A stretch of 64,000 bases of DNA from Camelus dromedarius (lineage: Eukaryota). Position numbers and translations under genes: made by a program. Below are positions 37,900 through 52,496 of the stretch, in pieces. The stretch is taken from contig NC_087436.1 in NCBI RefSeq assembly GCF_036321535.1, positions 74,030,001-74,094,000 on the forward strand. Direction: 5' to 3'. The notes under the pieces are model-generated. The model made no database searches and was not told the DNA's origin. It saw only the letters and a list, made by a program, of their open reading frames with translations. Position 1 is the first letter of the stretch; every line of letters begins with the position of its first letter.

Positions 37900-40800
37900 A
37901 TCAGAGAACTGAGGACACAGGGCAAACTGCTGCTCTCAAAACTGGAGGCAAATACACAGAATTACAACTTACTGGAGCAGAAGTCCAAGAGCAGAAATCC
38001 TCCACTGAAAACTTTAATGAATTTGCTAGAGGCTCAGTGAGAACAAGCTTAAGAATTAAAAACTCCAGGTTAGGGCCACCACATCTTTGTTTTACCTCCA
38101 GGAGCCTCATCAGATTCTCAGAGTGAAGATTGGAGAAAAATCCCCTTGTGTTTCCTGACAAGAGTAAGGGAAAAGTAACTATTCTGAAATATACTCAGAG
38201 CCTTCTGTTCTTCTTAATAAATCCAGCCATCCAGGGATAGTATCAAACCAGAGCCTAAATAACTTGGGTTTTACTAAAGCCTGACCAACTCAACTCCCTC
38301 TAGTCTTCCTGTCTCACCTAAAGGTGGTAGTGGCGGTGAGGTAACAAAACTGAGAACTTAGGAAGGTTCCACCCAAGGGGCACAGGCTCACTAAAAACCA
38401 GACCTAATTATAAGACTATACAGTGCTTCCCTGCCCACCCTCCCAGCCCTGCCAACACACACATCTTACCATGATATCAGTAGGGCTTCTGTATAATAAT
38501 GAGATTACAACAAAAGAAGTACATGTCAAAGACCTTAAGAAAAAGTCTCTAAGGAAACCCAAAGACAACAGGGGAGACACAAACAAGGACACCTGAGGAA
38601 ATTTTAGCCTCAGACACCTACAACTACAGTAAAGAGTAAACACAGCCCAACTCCTAGACAAAAACATAAAATCTCACACTAAAGGTCTATTTTTTCTCAG
38701 TTCTTTCTACCCAGTACACCATGTCTAGCTTTCAACAAAAAAAATCACAAGGCATATTAAAAGACAAAAAACATAGTTTGAAGAGACAGAGCAAGAATCA
38801 GAACCAGACTCAAATATGGCAGAGATTTTAGAATGACCAGACTAGGGATTTAAAATAACTATTATTAATATGCTAAGGGGTCTAATGGAAAAAGTGAATA
38901 ACATGCAAGAACAGATGGGTAATTTAAGCAGAAACATTGAAATTCTAAGATAGACTCAAAAGGAAATGTTAAAAAGAAAAAAAAAACACTGTAAAGAAAT
39001 GAAGAAGGCCTTTGTTGGACTCATCAGTAGGCTAGACATACCCAATAAAAGACATAGTGAGCTTGAAGATAAGTCACTGGAAACTTCTAAAACTGAGACG
39101 CAAAGAGAAAAGGATGAGAAAGATAGTGTGGAATGTAGAACTGTGGATTAATTATAAAGGTGTAACATAAGCATAATGGAGATATCAGAAGGAGAAGAAA
39201 GAAACAGAAGAAATATTTAAAGTAATAATGGCTGAGAATTTTCCAAGATTAATGACAGACACCAAGCCACAAATCCAGGAAGCTCAGAGAACATATCAAG
39301 CTGTATAAACACCAGAAAAACCAAAACAAAACAAAACAAAAACAAAAAACTACACATAGGTATATTATATTCCAACTACAGAAAATCAAAAACAAAGAGA
39401 AAAATTTTAAAGAAGCCAGAGGAAAAAAACACCTTACCTATAGAATAGCAAGGATAAAAATAACATAAGATTTCTCTTCAAGCCACGCAGAAGACAGCTG
39501 AGTTAAATATTTAAAGTATCAAGGGGAAAAAAACCCCACCAATCTAGAATTATGTACCCTGCAAAATTATCCTTCAAAAGTGAAGAAGAAATACTTTTTC
39601 AAACAAAAATTGAAGAAATTTGTTGCCAACAGACAGACCTGCTTTGCAAGAAATGTTAAAAGTTCTTCAAAAAGAAGGAAAATGATAAGGTCAGAAACTT
39701 AGATCTATATAAAGAAAGGAAGAACATTAAAGGAGGAATAAGTAAAAGTAAAATAAAACCTTTTTCATAATTGCTCTACTAGCAGTTTGTTCAAATAACA
39801 ATAGAAATAATATATTTAATACAGTACATGTATTATCTATAATATATAAGAAAATTTATACATATTATGGTATGTAATACTATGCATATATGCTTACGTA
39901 CAAGTGAAATGAGTAACAACAATTCAAGGGACAGGAGAGAGGAATTAGAATTATTTTGTTAGAAGATACCTTCACTATCCATGACATGGTATAGTGTTAT
40001 CTGAAAGTGAATGTGAATTAGTTGTAAATGTATATTGCAATCTCTAAAAAAAAAAAAAAAAAAAGGAAAGAAAAAAAGAAAGAAAAAATAACATATGCTA
40101 CAAAAGGAGAGAAAATTAAATCATACAAGATGTTCAATTAAAAAAAAAGCAGGAAAAGGCTGAAGGACAAAAACAGGAGCAAAAACAAAGGCAATAACAA
40201 AAATAGTAACAAATATGATAGATATTAATTCAGCTATACGAATAATCTTTTTAAATGTTAATGGTCTAAATTAACCAACTTAAAAAACAGAGATTGTCAG
40301 CATCCATCAAAAACAAGACCTAAACATATGTTGTCTAAAAAAACCCCACTTTAAATATAAAAACACATGTAGAGACTGGGACATTGTGCTGTACACCAGA
40401 GACTGACACATTGTAATTGACTTTAATTAAAAAAAAAAGCAAGTGTAGAAGGAAACAAAAGGTGTACAGATTTGCAAAGAAAAAAAGAAAACTGTCTTTC
40501 TTCACAAATGACATGATTCTTTATGTGCAAAATCCCAAACAACAACAGTAACAAAAAAACTTCTGGAACAAATAAGAGATTCTAACAAGGTGTCAGGAGA
40601 CAAGGTTAATGTACAAAAGTCAATTGCTTTCCTACATACCAGCAATGAACAATTGGATTTTAAAATAAAAAACACAATACCATTCACATTAGTACCAAAG
40701 ACATAAAATATTTAGGTATAAATCTAACAAAATATGTACAAGATCTACATGAATAACACTACAAAATTCTGATGTAAGAAAGCAAAGAAGACCTAAATAA

Positions 40801-42610
40801 ATGGAGAGATATTCCATGTTCATGGATAAGAAGACTCAATATTGCTGAGGTGTCAGTTTTTTCCAATCTGATTTACGAATTAAATGCAATCTCAATCAAA
40901 ACCCCAATAATCTTTATTTTGTGGATATTGACAGATTGATTCTAAAGTTTATATGGGAAGGCAAAACTCCAGAATAGTTAAGACAATATTGAAGTAGAGC
41001 AAAGTTGGAGAACTGACAGTACCCAAGTTCAAGATTTACTGTAATAAGACAGTGTAGCACTGGTAAAAGAAGAGACAAATAGAACAATGGAACAGAATAA
41101 AATAAAGAGCCCAGAAATAGTCCCATACAAATACAGTCAACTGATCTTCAACAAAAGAGCAAAAGTAATTCAATAGAGAAAGGGCAATATTTTCAACAAG
41201 TGGTGCTAGAACAACTGGACATCCACATGCAGAAAAAAAAATAAATCTAGATGCAGACCTTACATCTTTCATAAGAATTAACTCAAAGTGGATCACAGAC
41301 CTAAATGTAAAATTCAAGACTATAAAACTCCTGGAAGGTAATATAGGAGAAAATTTAGATGACCTTTTTAGATACATCAAAAGCATAATCCATGAAAGAA
41401 CAAAATCAATAAGTTGGACTTTATTAACTTTAAAAACTTTTCTCTGTGAAAGATAACATTTAAAAAATGGAAATATAAACTACAGACTGGCAGAAAATCT
41501 TTTCAAAACATGTATCTGATAAAGGACTGGTATCCAAAATATACCAAAAAAAAACCCCCAAAACAAAAAACCAACCTCTCAAAATTCAACAACAAGAAAA
41601 CAATTTTAAAAGTGGGTAAAAATTTGGAACAGACACCTCCCCACAGAAAATATGTAGATGGTAAATCAGCATATTTCATTAAAGAATTTCAAACTAAAAT
41701 GGTAAGATATCACATTACACTTCTATTAGAATGGCTAAAATCCAAACACTGACAATACCAAATGGTAACAAGGATGAGGAGCAACAAGAACTCTCATTCA
41801 CTGCTGGTGAGACTGCAAGATGGCACAGCCGCTTTGGAGGACAGTTTGGTAGTTCCTTATAAAACTAAACATGCCCTTACTATATAATGCAGCAATCATG
41901 CTCTGTAGTATTTACCCAAAAGAGTTGAAAACGTATGTCCATGCAAAACCTGCACACAGATGTTTACAGCAGCTGCATTAATTTGCTAAAACTTGGAAGC
42001 AATCAGCTGGCTTCCAATAGGTGAATAGATAAACTGTGGTACATTCATACTATTATTATTATTCACTGAAAAAGAAATTAGTTATTAAGGAATGAAAAGA
42101 TATGAAGGAATCTTGCAAGCATATTGCTAAGTGAAAGAAGCCAATCTGAAAAGACCACATACTGTAGGATTCCAATTATATGACATTCTGGAAAAGACAA
42201 AACTACAAAGACAGGATAATGATCACTGGTTACCAAAGGTTCAGGGGAAGGGAGGGAGGGATGAACAGGTGAAGCACAGGGTATTTTTAGAGCAGTGAAA
42301 CTATTTTGTATAACACTGTGATGATGGATACATGTCATTATACATATGTCAAAACCCATAGAATGTACAACACAAGGAATGAACCCCAATGTAAACCACA
42401 GACTTTAGTTAATAATAATGTTTCAGTATCGGCTCATCAATCGTAACAAATGTACCACATTAATGCAAGACGTTGGTAATAGGGGAAGCTGGGGTCCGGA
42501 GGGCATGGCAAAGGAACCTATGGGAGCACTCTATATTTTCTTCTCAAATTCATGTAAGGCTAAAACTTCTCTAAAACTAAGGTCTATTAATTTAAAAAGA
42601 AAAAAAGGAA
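37900..42610 (+). mobile_element. Ancient L1 (L1MC-like): 5' region, decayed ORF1 (about 38720-39690), ORF2 pieces with a large internal gap, and 3' end
   Basis: ORF1 phrases (ctcatcagtaggctagaca, gaattttccaa, caaaattatccttcaaaagtgaag); RT-region aaactgtctttcttcacaaatgacatgattctttatgt; L1MC-type 3' end tgtcattatacatatgtcaaaacccatagaatgtacaacac. Confidence 0.85.
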
Positions 42611-44186
42611 ATTGTGAACTTAAGAAGCAAAAATGAAAACAAAAAGTCATATCAATGTTTATTAGTAGGGTATGATACAAGAGTGGTCATTATGCCGTGC
42701 CCTTCCCATTATCATCTGACCATTTTATAGGCAAAATTGGTAGTTTGTTTTTGCTTTAATACATAGTTACTATTATTTGTTTATAAAGAATATGAATATT
42801 TTTCATGTTTATTGGCTATATGCATTTATGTGAATTTTGTATCCATATCTTTAGTATACTTTTCTTTTAGAGTATATGCTATTTTCATCTGGAATGTAAA
42901 AACTCTCTATATTATATACGTTAACCATTTATTTATTGGGAGTATTTTTCCAGTTTGTAATTTTAATTTTTTGTTTATGGTAGTTTTGTGATTTAAGAAG
43001 TTTCATTTAGTCAAAATTATCAATCATTCCTTTAAATGTTTATAAATCTTGTAATACTTTTACTGATTCATTTTTAATGCTTCACTGTTTGATTCATATG
43101 GAACATATTTTGATTTATAACATGATCAAGATACACTTTCAGAAATTGGGAAATGAACAATTTAGAAACATTCTTTACATATGACCCTTGACTGATAAAG
43201 AAACAGCTACACACAAGCTCCACCTGAGGTCACTGGAGCCCACCAAGGACCCTGCTCTCCCTGACTCTAATCTTTGACTCTTAGGATACACTTACAGGCT
43301 ATTTCTAGGGGACATACATTTTCAAGTAAAACTTCTACAAGCTTTTTGGTTTCAGGGAAAGAATATAAGCTTATACTGTTGTTAAATTTTAGGTTTATTT
43401 TGTGATTTGGTTAGCTTCCTATTACATTTGACTCTGAAGTCATTTTAAGTTAGATTCCTTTTCAACATAAATCACAAATTATATCTCTAATGCACCATTA
43501 TCTTCTCCAAATAATGTTCTCTCTAATGGCTTTGAGTCCATTACAGGCAAACTTATGAGTTACGATGTAAGATAAGTAATGTCTCAGGAGAGTGTGTGCT
43601 TCTCAACTAGTCCTGCTGCCATTCTCCAAAGACAGAAAGAAGATAAATGTAAAAGCTAAAAATAAAAGCTTGATCTCATTCAGTTTGAATTAGACTACTC
43701 TATTTTGAGAATGGCTAACCATATCCATCTCCTATAATACTTATATTCCTGTCAGAAGATTATAATAAAAATGTAATATAAATAAACTATTTAGAATATA
43801 AATATATTATTTATATTGTATATTAACAATGGGTGAGTAAAAAGCAAGATGAAAGCTATAAAGTCTTGCTGAAAATCCTGCTCACATCATGGGTACTTCA
43901 GTGACAAAGATCAAACACAGCTAGTACAAATTACAGTGCATGTGTATGGAATCCGATATATAAATATATCATCCTGAAACTATTTTATTTTTATGTGCTA
44001 AAATAGCCTTTATCTGAAACACTAATCTGAAATACTTCTTCTATGTCAAGCTGTCAATTATATGTGTGTGTCTTAGGTGTTTAAGCTTGGATCAAATCAC
44101 ATGATACAATTTTTCTGGTTCTACCATTTTCTCACCTATTAATACTAGGGCAATCAATTGGATAATTTTTAACGCCTTTGGACCTC

Positions 44187-44616
44187 TGAAATGGTATAAT
44201 CATTCACAAAGACCCAGCAGACTCAGGAAAAACTTTCACTGTCCCCTTAACTGCCTTAAAGAATTTAGTTAGGGAGGCTATACCAGAAAGAGAGCTATTA
44301 CCAGAGATAACGTTTTTATCTGAAAGACTTACCTGCGTGTCAGGGAAAACATCTGATGACCAAACACCAGATCTTCTTATCATCATGTGAATGACCTTCC
44401 TCCCCCTCTGAAGCCCAGGCCCCATCCCGTTCCTTAGCTGAAGATGGCATACAATCCCCAAGTGCTTGACTCGCCTCGAGTCTCCCTGTCTTTGTGGAAC
44501 TCCCATACATACAAATTAAGTTTGCTTTTCTTCTGTTCATCCTTCTTAGGCCAATTTAATTATTAGACCAGCCAAAGAACTTAGAAGGAAAGAAGGAAAA
44601 CTTTTCCGCCCCTACA
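44187..44616 (+). mobile_element. ERV1-class solo LTR (MER34/MER39-like)
   Basis: TG...CA termini; aactttcactgtccccttaactgcct; ending aattattagaccagccaaagaacttagaagg...ttttccgcccctaca. Confidence 0.65.
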
Positions 44617-45494
44617 CTTGGCTCATACAACAAGTTATATAGTTTTTTTCCAGAGGAGTTTGAAGGATAATTATTTCTAGATATCTAGAAAACTAAACAG
44701 AGTAAAACAATTATTAAATTGAAGGCAAAAAGTAAATATAGTCACAATTCACTGTATAGTTCAGCTAGTGAATAATATTCATTTAGTCATAATAATTTGA
44801 ACACTCAGTGTGACTTAACCAAAATTTATGATACGATTATGTAGAGGGAATTAAATAGGGAAAAGAAATGTGTACGTGTATGTGTGTGTGATAAAAAGAA
44901 AGCTACATTTTAATGTTCTGTAGAAGTTCAAGGTGCTATCTAAAATTGTATGAGCAAGGAATATGAGTAGAGTTCTTCTTCTGGTACTGGTAGACCAACC
45001 CTTCTGCTCAGAATTCACTAGAAAAGTACACAAAATTTTTAAGTCTTCCTGACAACATTAGAGAGTTACTAATGCAGTAAAGAATTATGGAGCCAACACC
45101 TGGAACAAAAGCAAATCCAGAGATTGGAGGCATTTGGGGCCATTTTCTGCTGAAGCATTTGTCAATTCTAAAAGAAGCAGTTGAAAGGCTGAATGGGTGA
45201 AATGAACTTTTAGCAGAATCAAAAAGTTAGAGGGATAAAAACTGGAGCTGTATCAAAGAAGTGGAGAATAATAGGTAAACCTCAGGCTTTGGGATAAAAG
45301 CCTTAATCCAAATAATCTCAATCCTCAGATGAATTAAGGTGACACGGGACTGTTAGTGTTCTTAATTTAGCTACCATTGAGAAGCAAATACAAATCCTTC
45401 TTTCTATGAAGAAAAAAAATATCATCTAGAATCCAAAATTATCTCTGTAATTTTTCACAGCCAATGTTCAGAAGTCAATTATTTAAAAAGGAAG

Positions 45495-46525
45495 CAAATG
45501 ATTAAAGAATGGTCCAAACACCTTAACAGACACCTTACCAAACATATACAGATACTAAACAGCATATGGAAAGATGCTCTACGGCATATGCCATCAGGGA
45601 AATGCAAAATTAAAACAACAATGAGATACCACTACCTTTATTAGAATCGCCAAAATCCAAAACACTGACAACATCAAATGCTGGCGAGCTCTGTAACAAT
45701 AGGAACTCTCATTCATTGCTGGTGGGCGTGCAAAGTGGTACAGCCACTTGGGAAGACAGTTTGGTAGTTTCTGACAAAATTAAACACATTCTTACTATAT
45801 GACCCAGCAAGCATGGGTTGCATGCTCTTGATATTTACCCCAAGGGAGTTGAAAACATGTCCACACAAAAACCTGCACATAGATGTTTACAGCAGCTTTA
45901 TTCACAATTACCAAAACTTGGAAGCAGCTGAGATGCCCTCAGTAGATGAACATATAAGCCATGGTACATCCAGACAATAAACTACTATTCAGTGCTAAAA
46001 AGAAATGAACTATCAAGCCATGAAAAGACATGGAGGAAACTTAAATGCATATTTACTTAAGTGAAAGAAGTCAATCTGAAAAGGCTACATACTGTATCAT
46101 TCCAACTCAACAACATTTTGAAAAAGGTAAAAGTAGGAGACAATAAAAAGGTCAGCGGTTGCCAGGGGTAGAATGGGGGGAAGGATCAACAGGCAGAGCA
46201 CAGAGGATTTTTAGGGCTGTGAAAACACCCTGTAGCATACGATAATGATGGATAATGTCAATAATGACATATGTATAAACATTTGTCCAAACTCACTGAA
46301 TGTACACCAAGAGCAAACCCCAAGGCAAACTATGGACTTCAGGCAATTATGATGTGTCAATGTAGGTTCATCCTCGATAACACATGTATCATTCTGGTGA
46401 GTGATGTTAATAATGGGGAGACTGTGCTCACATAGGGACAGGGAGTATACGGGAAATCTCTGTACCTTCCTCTCAATTTTGGTGTGAATTTGAAACTCCT
46501 CTAAAAAATAAGGTCTTGAAAAACA
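45495..46525 (+). mobile_element. L1MC1-like 3' fragment
   Basis: ORF2 C-terminal remnant followed by catttgtccaaac...gatgtgtcaatgtaggttcatc...gggaaatctctgtaccttcctctcaatttt...ctctaaaaaataa. Confidence 0.8.
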
Positions 46526-47106
46526 GAAACCAAAAAGACTAGACAAAAATATGGCTACAAACAAAGAGAAACAATGATCACAAGTCCATAGGAGATTCAG
46601 ATAATGGAGTTATCACACACCAAAGCCTCTAATATTTCAACTAAAGAGAGTAAAAATGTTTTAAGAGTAATAATCTTTATACTATAAACAAGTTCACATA
46701 TAGTTCATGAAGAGACAATATATAGCAAATCATTTTCATCCTGGTAGAGTACTAAATGTCCCAATAATTTGCCTTTGGCATTTGAAGTGATGTTTATTTT
46801 AGCTATCTCAACATTTGCTTTGTAATCTGAAAATGCTTATGATGGAAAATAATGAATATAGGCTATTAAATAATTTACTTTAACAACTATTGTTAACATT
46901 AATCCTGAGTATTTCATGTTCGTTTTTCCAGAGAAAACACCAAACAGGGAAGAAAACTTTTTTGTTCATCTCGTCTATTTAAATCTAAAATTGAGAAACT
47001 GAGAATGTCACAACTATAGATGTATTTTTAAATGATATTCTTCTCAACTTAAAATTATTTACATAGTATCCCATTTGCATCATGGACTACACGACTAGGT
47101 ACTTAC

Positions 47107-47232
47107 ATGAGACAGGAAGCTGGCTGTAGACTGGGAAGATGGTACATTAGAATGGGAACGGGCAGCAGATGACGACTGTAGAAGGCGTGGTTTCACAGAA
47201 GAATTTGAAGTGTATCCAGGGCCCTGAAGTTC
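47107..47232 (-). CDS. CCDC158: CCDC158 exon: ELQGPGYTSNSSVKPRLLQSSSAARSHSNVPSSQSTASFLSH
   Basis: tcttccag|GAA ... CAT|gtaagt; 126 nt, phase 0-0. Confidence 0.93.
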
Positions 47233-48048
47233 CTGGAAGACAATATATATGTGAGCAAAATAACTGTCAACCTACACTTAGAACTGTGAAATCAAAATGT
47301 ACTTTTATAAACATCATTTCAGTCTTACATATTGAACTTCTACAAAGTTTTAAGCCAAAGTATTAAGCAAGATGATTCTGGATGTATGTTACTCTTTGGG
47401 GAAGAATCATGACCTTAGGAAGATGCCTTCACACTTCTGATCGATAAAAGTACTTCAGATGTGAAAACAGGTCTCGGATGGGATGCACTGGATTCTAACT
47501 TTGCCAAGATTCCACCCTAGTTCTGGCATACTACTGAATGAGATCCACCCACCTAAGGAGTGCTCTTGCCTGTGAAAGTATCCAGTATTGAGACTTCAAA
47601 GTATGTATGCAACTTTAAAATACACTCAAAAAAACAAACATATATTTCAGTGGTAAATGTACAATTTTTAAAGAAGATGTGTTTTGTCATGCAAATTACA
47701 TCATGGTTGTTATGCTCCAAACAAGCCAAACATACTCTCACTTCAGGCCTTGCTTGACCCCCTTCTGTATGCAAACCTCCAGTTCCCCAAGGTAGGTACT
47801 TCTGTGTTTCCCTCACTCATTATAACTTAACATAAAGCATGGTACTTCAATTTGTTACTATATATGAAAAGGATAGGTATAGTGTATAACAATGTTTGTA
47901 CAGATTTTCTAATTGCTAACCTCAGATAATGTTAAAAGTACACCTGAATGTATCTAATACATGAAGAAAATATAAAGGTATATCAAACAAAGGCATAATT
48001 TTTGCTTAAACTACTATTTATGATGAAAAAAAAAAAAAAAGACCTTAC

Positions 48049-48141
48049 TTTTACATCCAAAGTGTGTTGCAGTTTTAGGCGCACAGATTCTTGTTCCTGA
48101 CGTTGTATTATGTCTTGGCATTCTGCAAACTGCAAAGATGC
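48049..48141 (-). CDS. CCDC158: CCDC158 exon: ASLQFAECQDIIQRQEQESVRLKLQHTLDVK
   Basis: attgtag|GCA ... AAA|gtaagg; 93 nt, phase 0-0. Confidence 0.93.
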
Positions 48142-49106
48142 CTACAATCAAGCAACCACATATGGTTTGTCCTCCATTCTTTATGCAGTTTTATTTTATT
48201 AACCTATAAATGCAGTCACGATCTCTTCAAGGAAAGATCCCCCATTCTTGGCACACTCTTACTACATTTATCTATTGATTTATCTGTTTTATTCAGGAAA
48301 CAAAGAGTAAGTGGAGGCCATGTCTTTATCCTCTGCATCCCCAGCATCTACATGACATTTAGTATGTGGAGAGCACTCAAAAGAATGGAAAATTAAGGAT
48401 GAAATGAGCAAACAGTTTCAGCAATGTAAACACATCTGCATAAAGATAACCATAACTCAAATTCAAGTCAGTATATCATGTTCTAAGATCTAAGTTTGCA
48501 TAGGTGGAATCACAGATTGTTTTCTGTCACTATGAAGGCTCTGATTTTTCAAGAATAAAGGACTAGTTCTGGTATATTTTTAGGCTTCCAGCGTTTTCAG
48601 GTGACACAAAAAGAGATTTACTCCTCTACAGCTAATGGCAATGACAAAAATATCCTTCTCATGATTTAAGCTGTGTTTTCTGCCTGTACTTTCTGGACCC
48701 CACAAAGTGCCAGACATTAGCATCACTTTATCTTTTCATTGATAATATTAATAGACTGTATTCTACCTAGCATTCAAGTCCTTCCTGATGGTAAGTTAGA
48801 TTGGTGGCATTTTTAATTATTCAGACCATGAAGGATACCAGGAGCATATGACTTCTTATATCTCACTGTTCTTGTGACTGTGTTAGCCTGAAAAAAGACA
48901 ATTTTGTAAAAAGTATGCATCACGACTATGTTTTTAAAGCTCAGCCTTCTCTATAAGATAAAGTTTTTCCTTGTAGGACATGACTGGGATACAATATAAT
49001 TTGACAGATTTGGCTCCTATTAACATAGGGCTTTCATCCAGAATGATTCTACTTAGTTAATAACTATTTAGTTGATAACTACTTAATATATTTAGCTAAT
49101 AACCAC

Positions 49107-49265
49107 CTTATCAAGAGCAACTTCCATATTAGCAACCTTTTCTTTCAAACGGCGTTCCTGAGATTTCAGGACTTCTAGCTCTCCAGCCATCTTGTTTTTC
49201 TCTGTTACAACAGTACTCAATTCCTGGCTTAATTTTGTCTTCTCTTCTTTTAGAAAATGCTTTTC
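49107..49265 (-). CDS. CCDC158: CCDC158 exon: EKHFLKEEKTKLSQELSTVVTEKNKMAGELEVLKSQERRLKEKVANMEVALDK
   Basis: attgtag|GAA ... AAG|gtggtt; 159 nt, phase 0-0. Confidence 0.93.
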
Positions 49266-50407
49266 CTACAATTATAGAGAAGCAAATATCAGAAATAATA
49301 TGCTGATGTAGATGCTGAGGTGTGATGGAAATATAAAACTATTACATAAATATCTGAACTATAGTTTAATTCATATGCCATTTAATTGCTTCTGAGTTGA
49401 AGTTGGGAGCTGCTAGAACTGTTACCATGTACTATCTCATTTTAATCTGTACTAGTATTATTACTTCTTTCTAGGCTTAATAGATCTTTGAAAAAAACCT
49501 ACAAAATACGTAATAACTATGTTGTAGTAAAAAGAGACAGTGTTATGGTGAACTGAGATTGGGTAACCATATACCAAATCTATTGAAACTTGTTTAAATG
49601 ACACAAGAGATTTAAAGAAGATGCATTTATTTAAAAGCTTTGTGGGCTTTCTATTTTGTTTCCAGGATGAATATTCATGTCACAAATGCCTACTATAGAC
49701 CCTTTGTCATAAAAAGAAATAGGACTCACAGTTCCCACCCTCAAAGTCACTATGGTCCAGTGATGAGAATGAACTTGCTGATAAACTTATGAAGAATCTT
49801 TGGTGTTCAACAAAATTTCATTAATACAAGTTCATTCCTTTAAAAAAACATCATGAAATAGGGAGGAAAAAACAAATGCATAGCAGCCAAGTTAAAATAT
49901 AGACCTGAACTTACTGAGTCTACATTTCTTTAAATATATATTATTTCAGAAAGAAAATGCTTAATATAAATAAGGAAATAGGGTATCACAACTGTAATAA
50001 CACATTTTGGATGCCAATAATTTTTCCTTTTCTGCTTAGTTAGGTAGAAGAGGGTGCACAAGGAAAGAAGGATTAACTTTTCAAGCTGCCTCCTTCCTGT
50101 CTGAGGGAATGTCATTGAGCTTTGATGAGTGCCTTCCTTTAGTGGGGGCAGGCGTCTCTAATTATAGCAGCAGCGACCTCTTAACGTAAGTACACTCATG
50201 GAGGATGAGGGTCAGCCCTGCTTTAGGTTCCAAATAGGCAAATAATGGAAAAACAAGAAAAGAGCAAATTTAGGATAAAAGAAAAGGAGGGGAGAAAAAA
50301 ATAGGAAAGAGCAAAAACAAAGGAAATAAATAAGTCCATATGATGACGGGTATGCACAAATGTATGTACATATTTGTTAATATTTAGCCTCATTCTAAAA
50401 AAGTTAC

Positions 50408-50520
50408 CTTGTTTGCATTTGTCATTGCCTCTTCCAAAAATTGTATCTTGCTCTGAAGGGCATCTATCTGACCTCTTTTAGCTGTGATTTGCTTTTGCAT
50501 CCCCATTGCCACTTTCATAG
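50408..50520 (-). CDS. CCDC158: CCDC158 exon: (A)MKVAMGMQKQITAKRGQIDALQSKIQFLEEAMTNANK
   Basis: tttttccag|CT ... AAG|gtaact; 113 nt, phase 1-0. Confidence 0.93.
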
Positions 50521-52496
50521 CTGGAAAAAAAGGAAGCAAACTGTGCCTTAGTTTTTAAAGTTTCCAAATTTTGAAAGGTGACTATAATATGATGGTCAAA
50601 CATTATGAGAAAGTGACAAGTGAGATTCCACCAAGGCACCTGGCCAGTTTCAAGGAAGTGTTCATTAAAACGGCCTTCAGATTTCACAATTTTGGGATAT
50701 AACAATTTTCAGCAATTACTCAGAGATTTTGAGCCAAGAAATGTATATATGAGATGATGTTTCGTGATTTCTTGCTGTAATTAATTTCATTGACCATCGT
50801 AATTTGCCATAAATCCAACGTAAATAACACTGACCAAATTCACACTTACACATATAGGAAATATACACACAAAAATATATAGTCATATAATAAATAATGT
50901 ATATAATATTTTTACTGAAGTAATTTTTCTAGAAATTCATGTATAAAATACCACACAAAACTACTATTAGTGATCTTCTGAAAGATTCCAGTGATATCAC
51001 AAACCATTCAATTTCCAGTCTCATGGATATTGTCATGTGCTTGGAACTCAGTGTTTCAATGGTCAAATTGACAATATAAGCATATATGTGATTATTTTAT
51101 TAAAACTGGTGAATATTCTAGACAGGTAGTAGACACTGAATACTTAAGACATGGCAGGCCACTGGAAGGATAAATAAAGCTCAGCCTTGCTTGGAGAGTC
51201 AGATGATCCTATGTTGTTTCTTACAGTCAGCTGAGAAACAGGTTTGAAAATGCCACTACTTTGAGTCAGGTCCAGGTCCGGCTTAGAGGTTAAGAAGAAA
51301 AAGCAAACTTGCCACTCTTTAAAAACAAACCACTGAAGGATGAAAGGTCTGACTTCTTGGTAACAAGATGCAGTTCCTATAGCTAAACTGTCAGAAACAG
51401 GGTTAGTACAGGCGCAGTGCATTGACTTATTACATCAAAAGCCTGGCATCATTTGCTCACCACTCTGAAGAATTCTGGTCTGATTAAGTGGATCATAGCT
51501 GGCCTTCAAAGGTAATTTTCTTGATAATCTTTTTAATTTTAAGATGATTTTAACAATGAAAATACATATTCAACAGCAAATACAGGATTACCTGCTTAGT
51601 TTAATAATTGTAATGTGACTGGGGCAGTTTTGGAGATGCCTGGAGGGCACTGAGGAAAGGACTCTTTCTGGTGGAGGAGGGAGGAGGGAGCAGACTCCAA
51701 AGGGCCTCCTGAGTGCCCTTGCCAAGCCCCATCATTTTCTTGGTGTTAACCAGAAAAGAAAGAGCTGAACCTCTAAGAACCACACAAAATATGGATGCTC
51801 TAAGAGTCTGTGTGCCACCTTGGTGCAGGGGCCATGATAATCTTTTCAGTATCATTCCAATTTTGGTACATAGGCTGCTGAAGCAAGTACAAATATAACA
51901 TTAAGATAGAAAAATGTAGCCTTTAGTTTAATATTATATGAATAATACAAAACAGCAACTAACCTTTTCTCTCTGAATTAATATGGGCAGTAAGGTAAAA
52001 GGGAACAGGTGTAAGTGGTGAGAAGGGACCCTTCATCCTATTAGTTCAAGTCCCAGGGCTCCTTTCCATTTTTATCTCAGAGAAGGAATCAGGAACTGAC
52101 AATTAGCCACAGATACATAGTTTATGTAAATAATGAACATGTGAAAAATAAGGGGTTGAATGAAAATTATCTGTAACCTATATTTATATCAACACTTCCT
52201 TAAAAGCAATTAATTGGCATTTATGGACGTTGAGGTCTGTTAGAAATTACTGAAATAGCTACAGAAAAGGAAAGATTCAGATACTTTAGGATTAAATTAA
52301 GCACATGACAATCCCCCCCACAAAACTGAGAACTTTTGCTACGTAACACCCATCACTGACAACTCTTGTATGTCTCTCACATCATGTCACATTGATGTCA
52401 CTGAAGAGGTGAAAGGCAGTGTATCTGGGCTTGTGTTGTAATAAATTCAGACCTAGGGAATTAAAAACAAAAGGAAAAACTTCTGCTAAAGCGTAC

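Noticed and set aside
48839..48887. 49-nt minus-strand cryptic exon in a CCDC158 intron
   Set aside because: Weak donor (gtatcc), frame-shifting length and no other support
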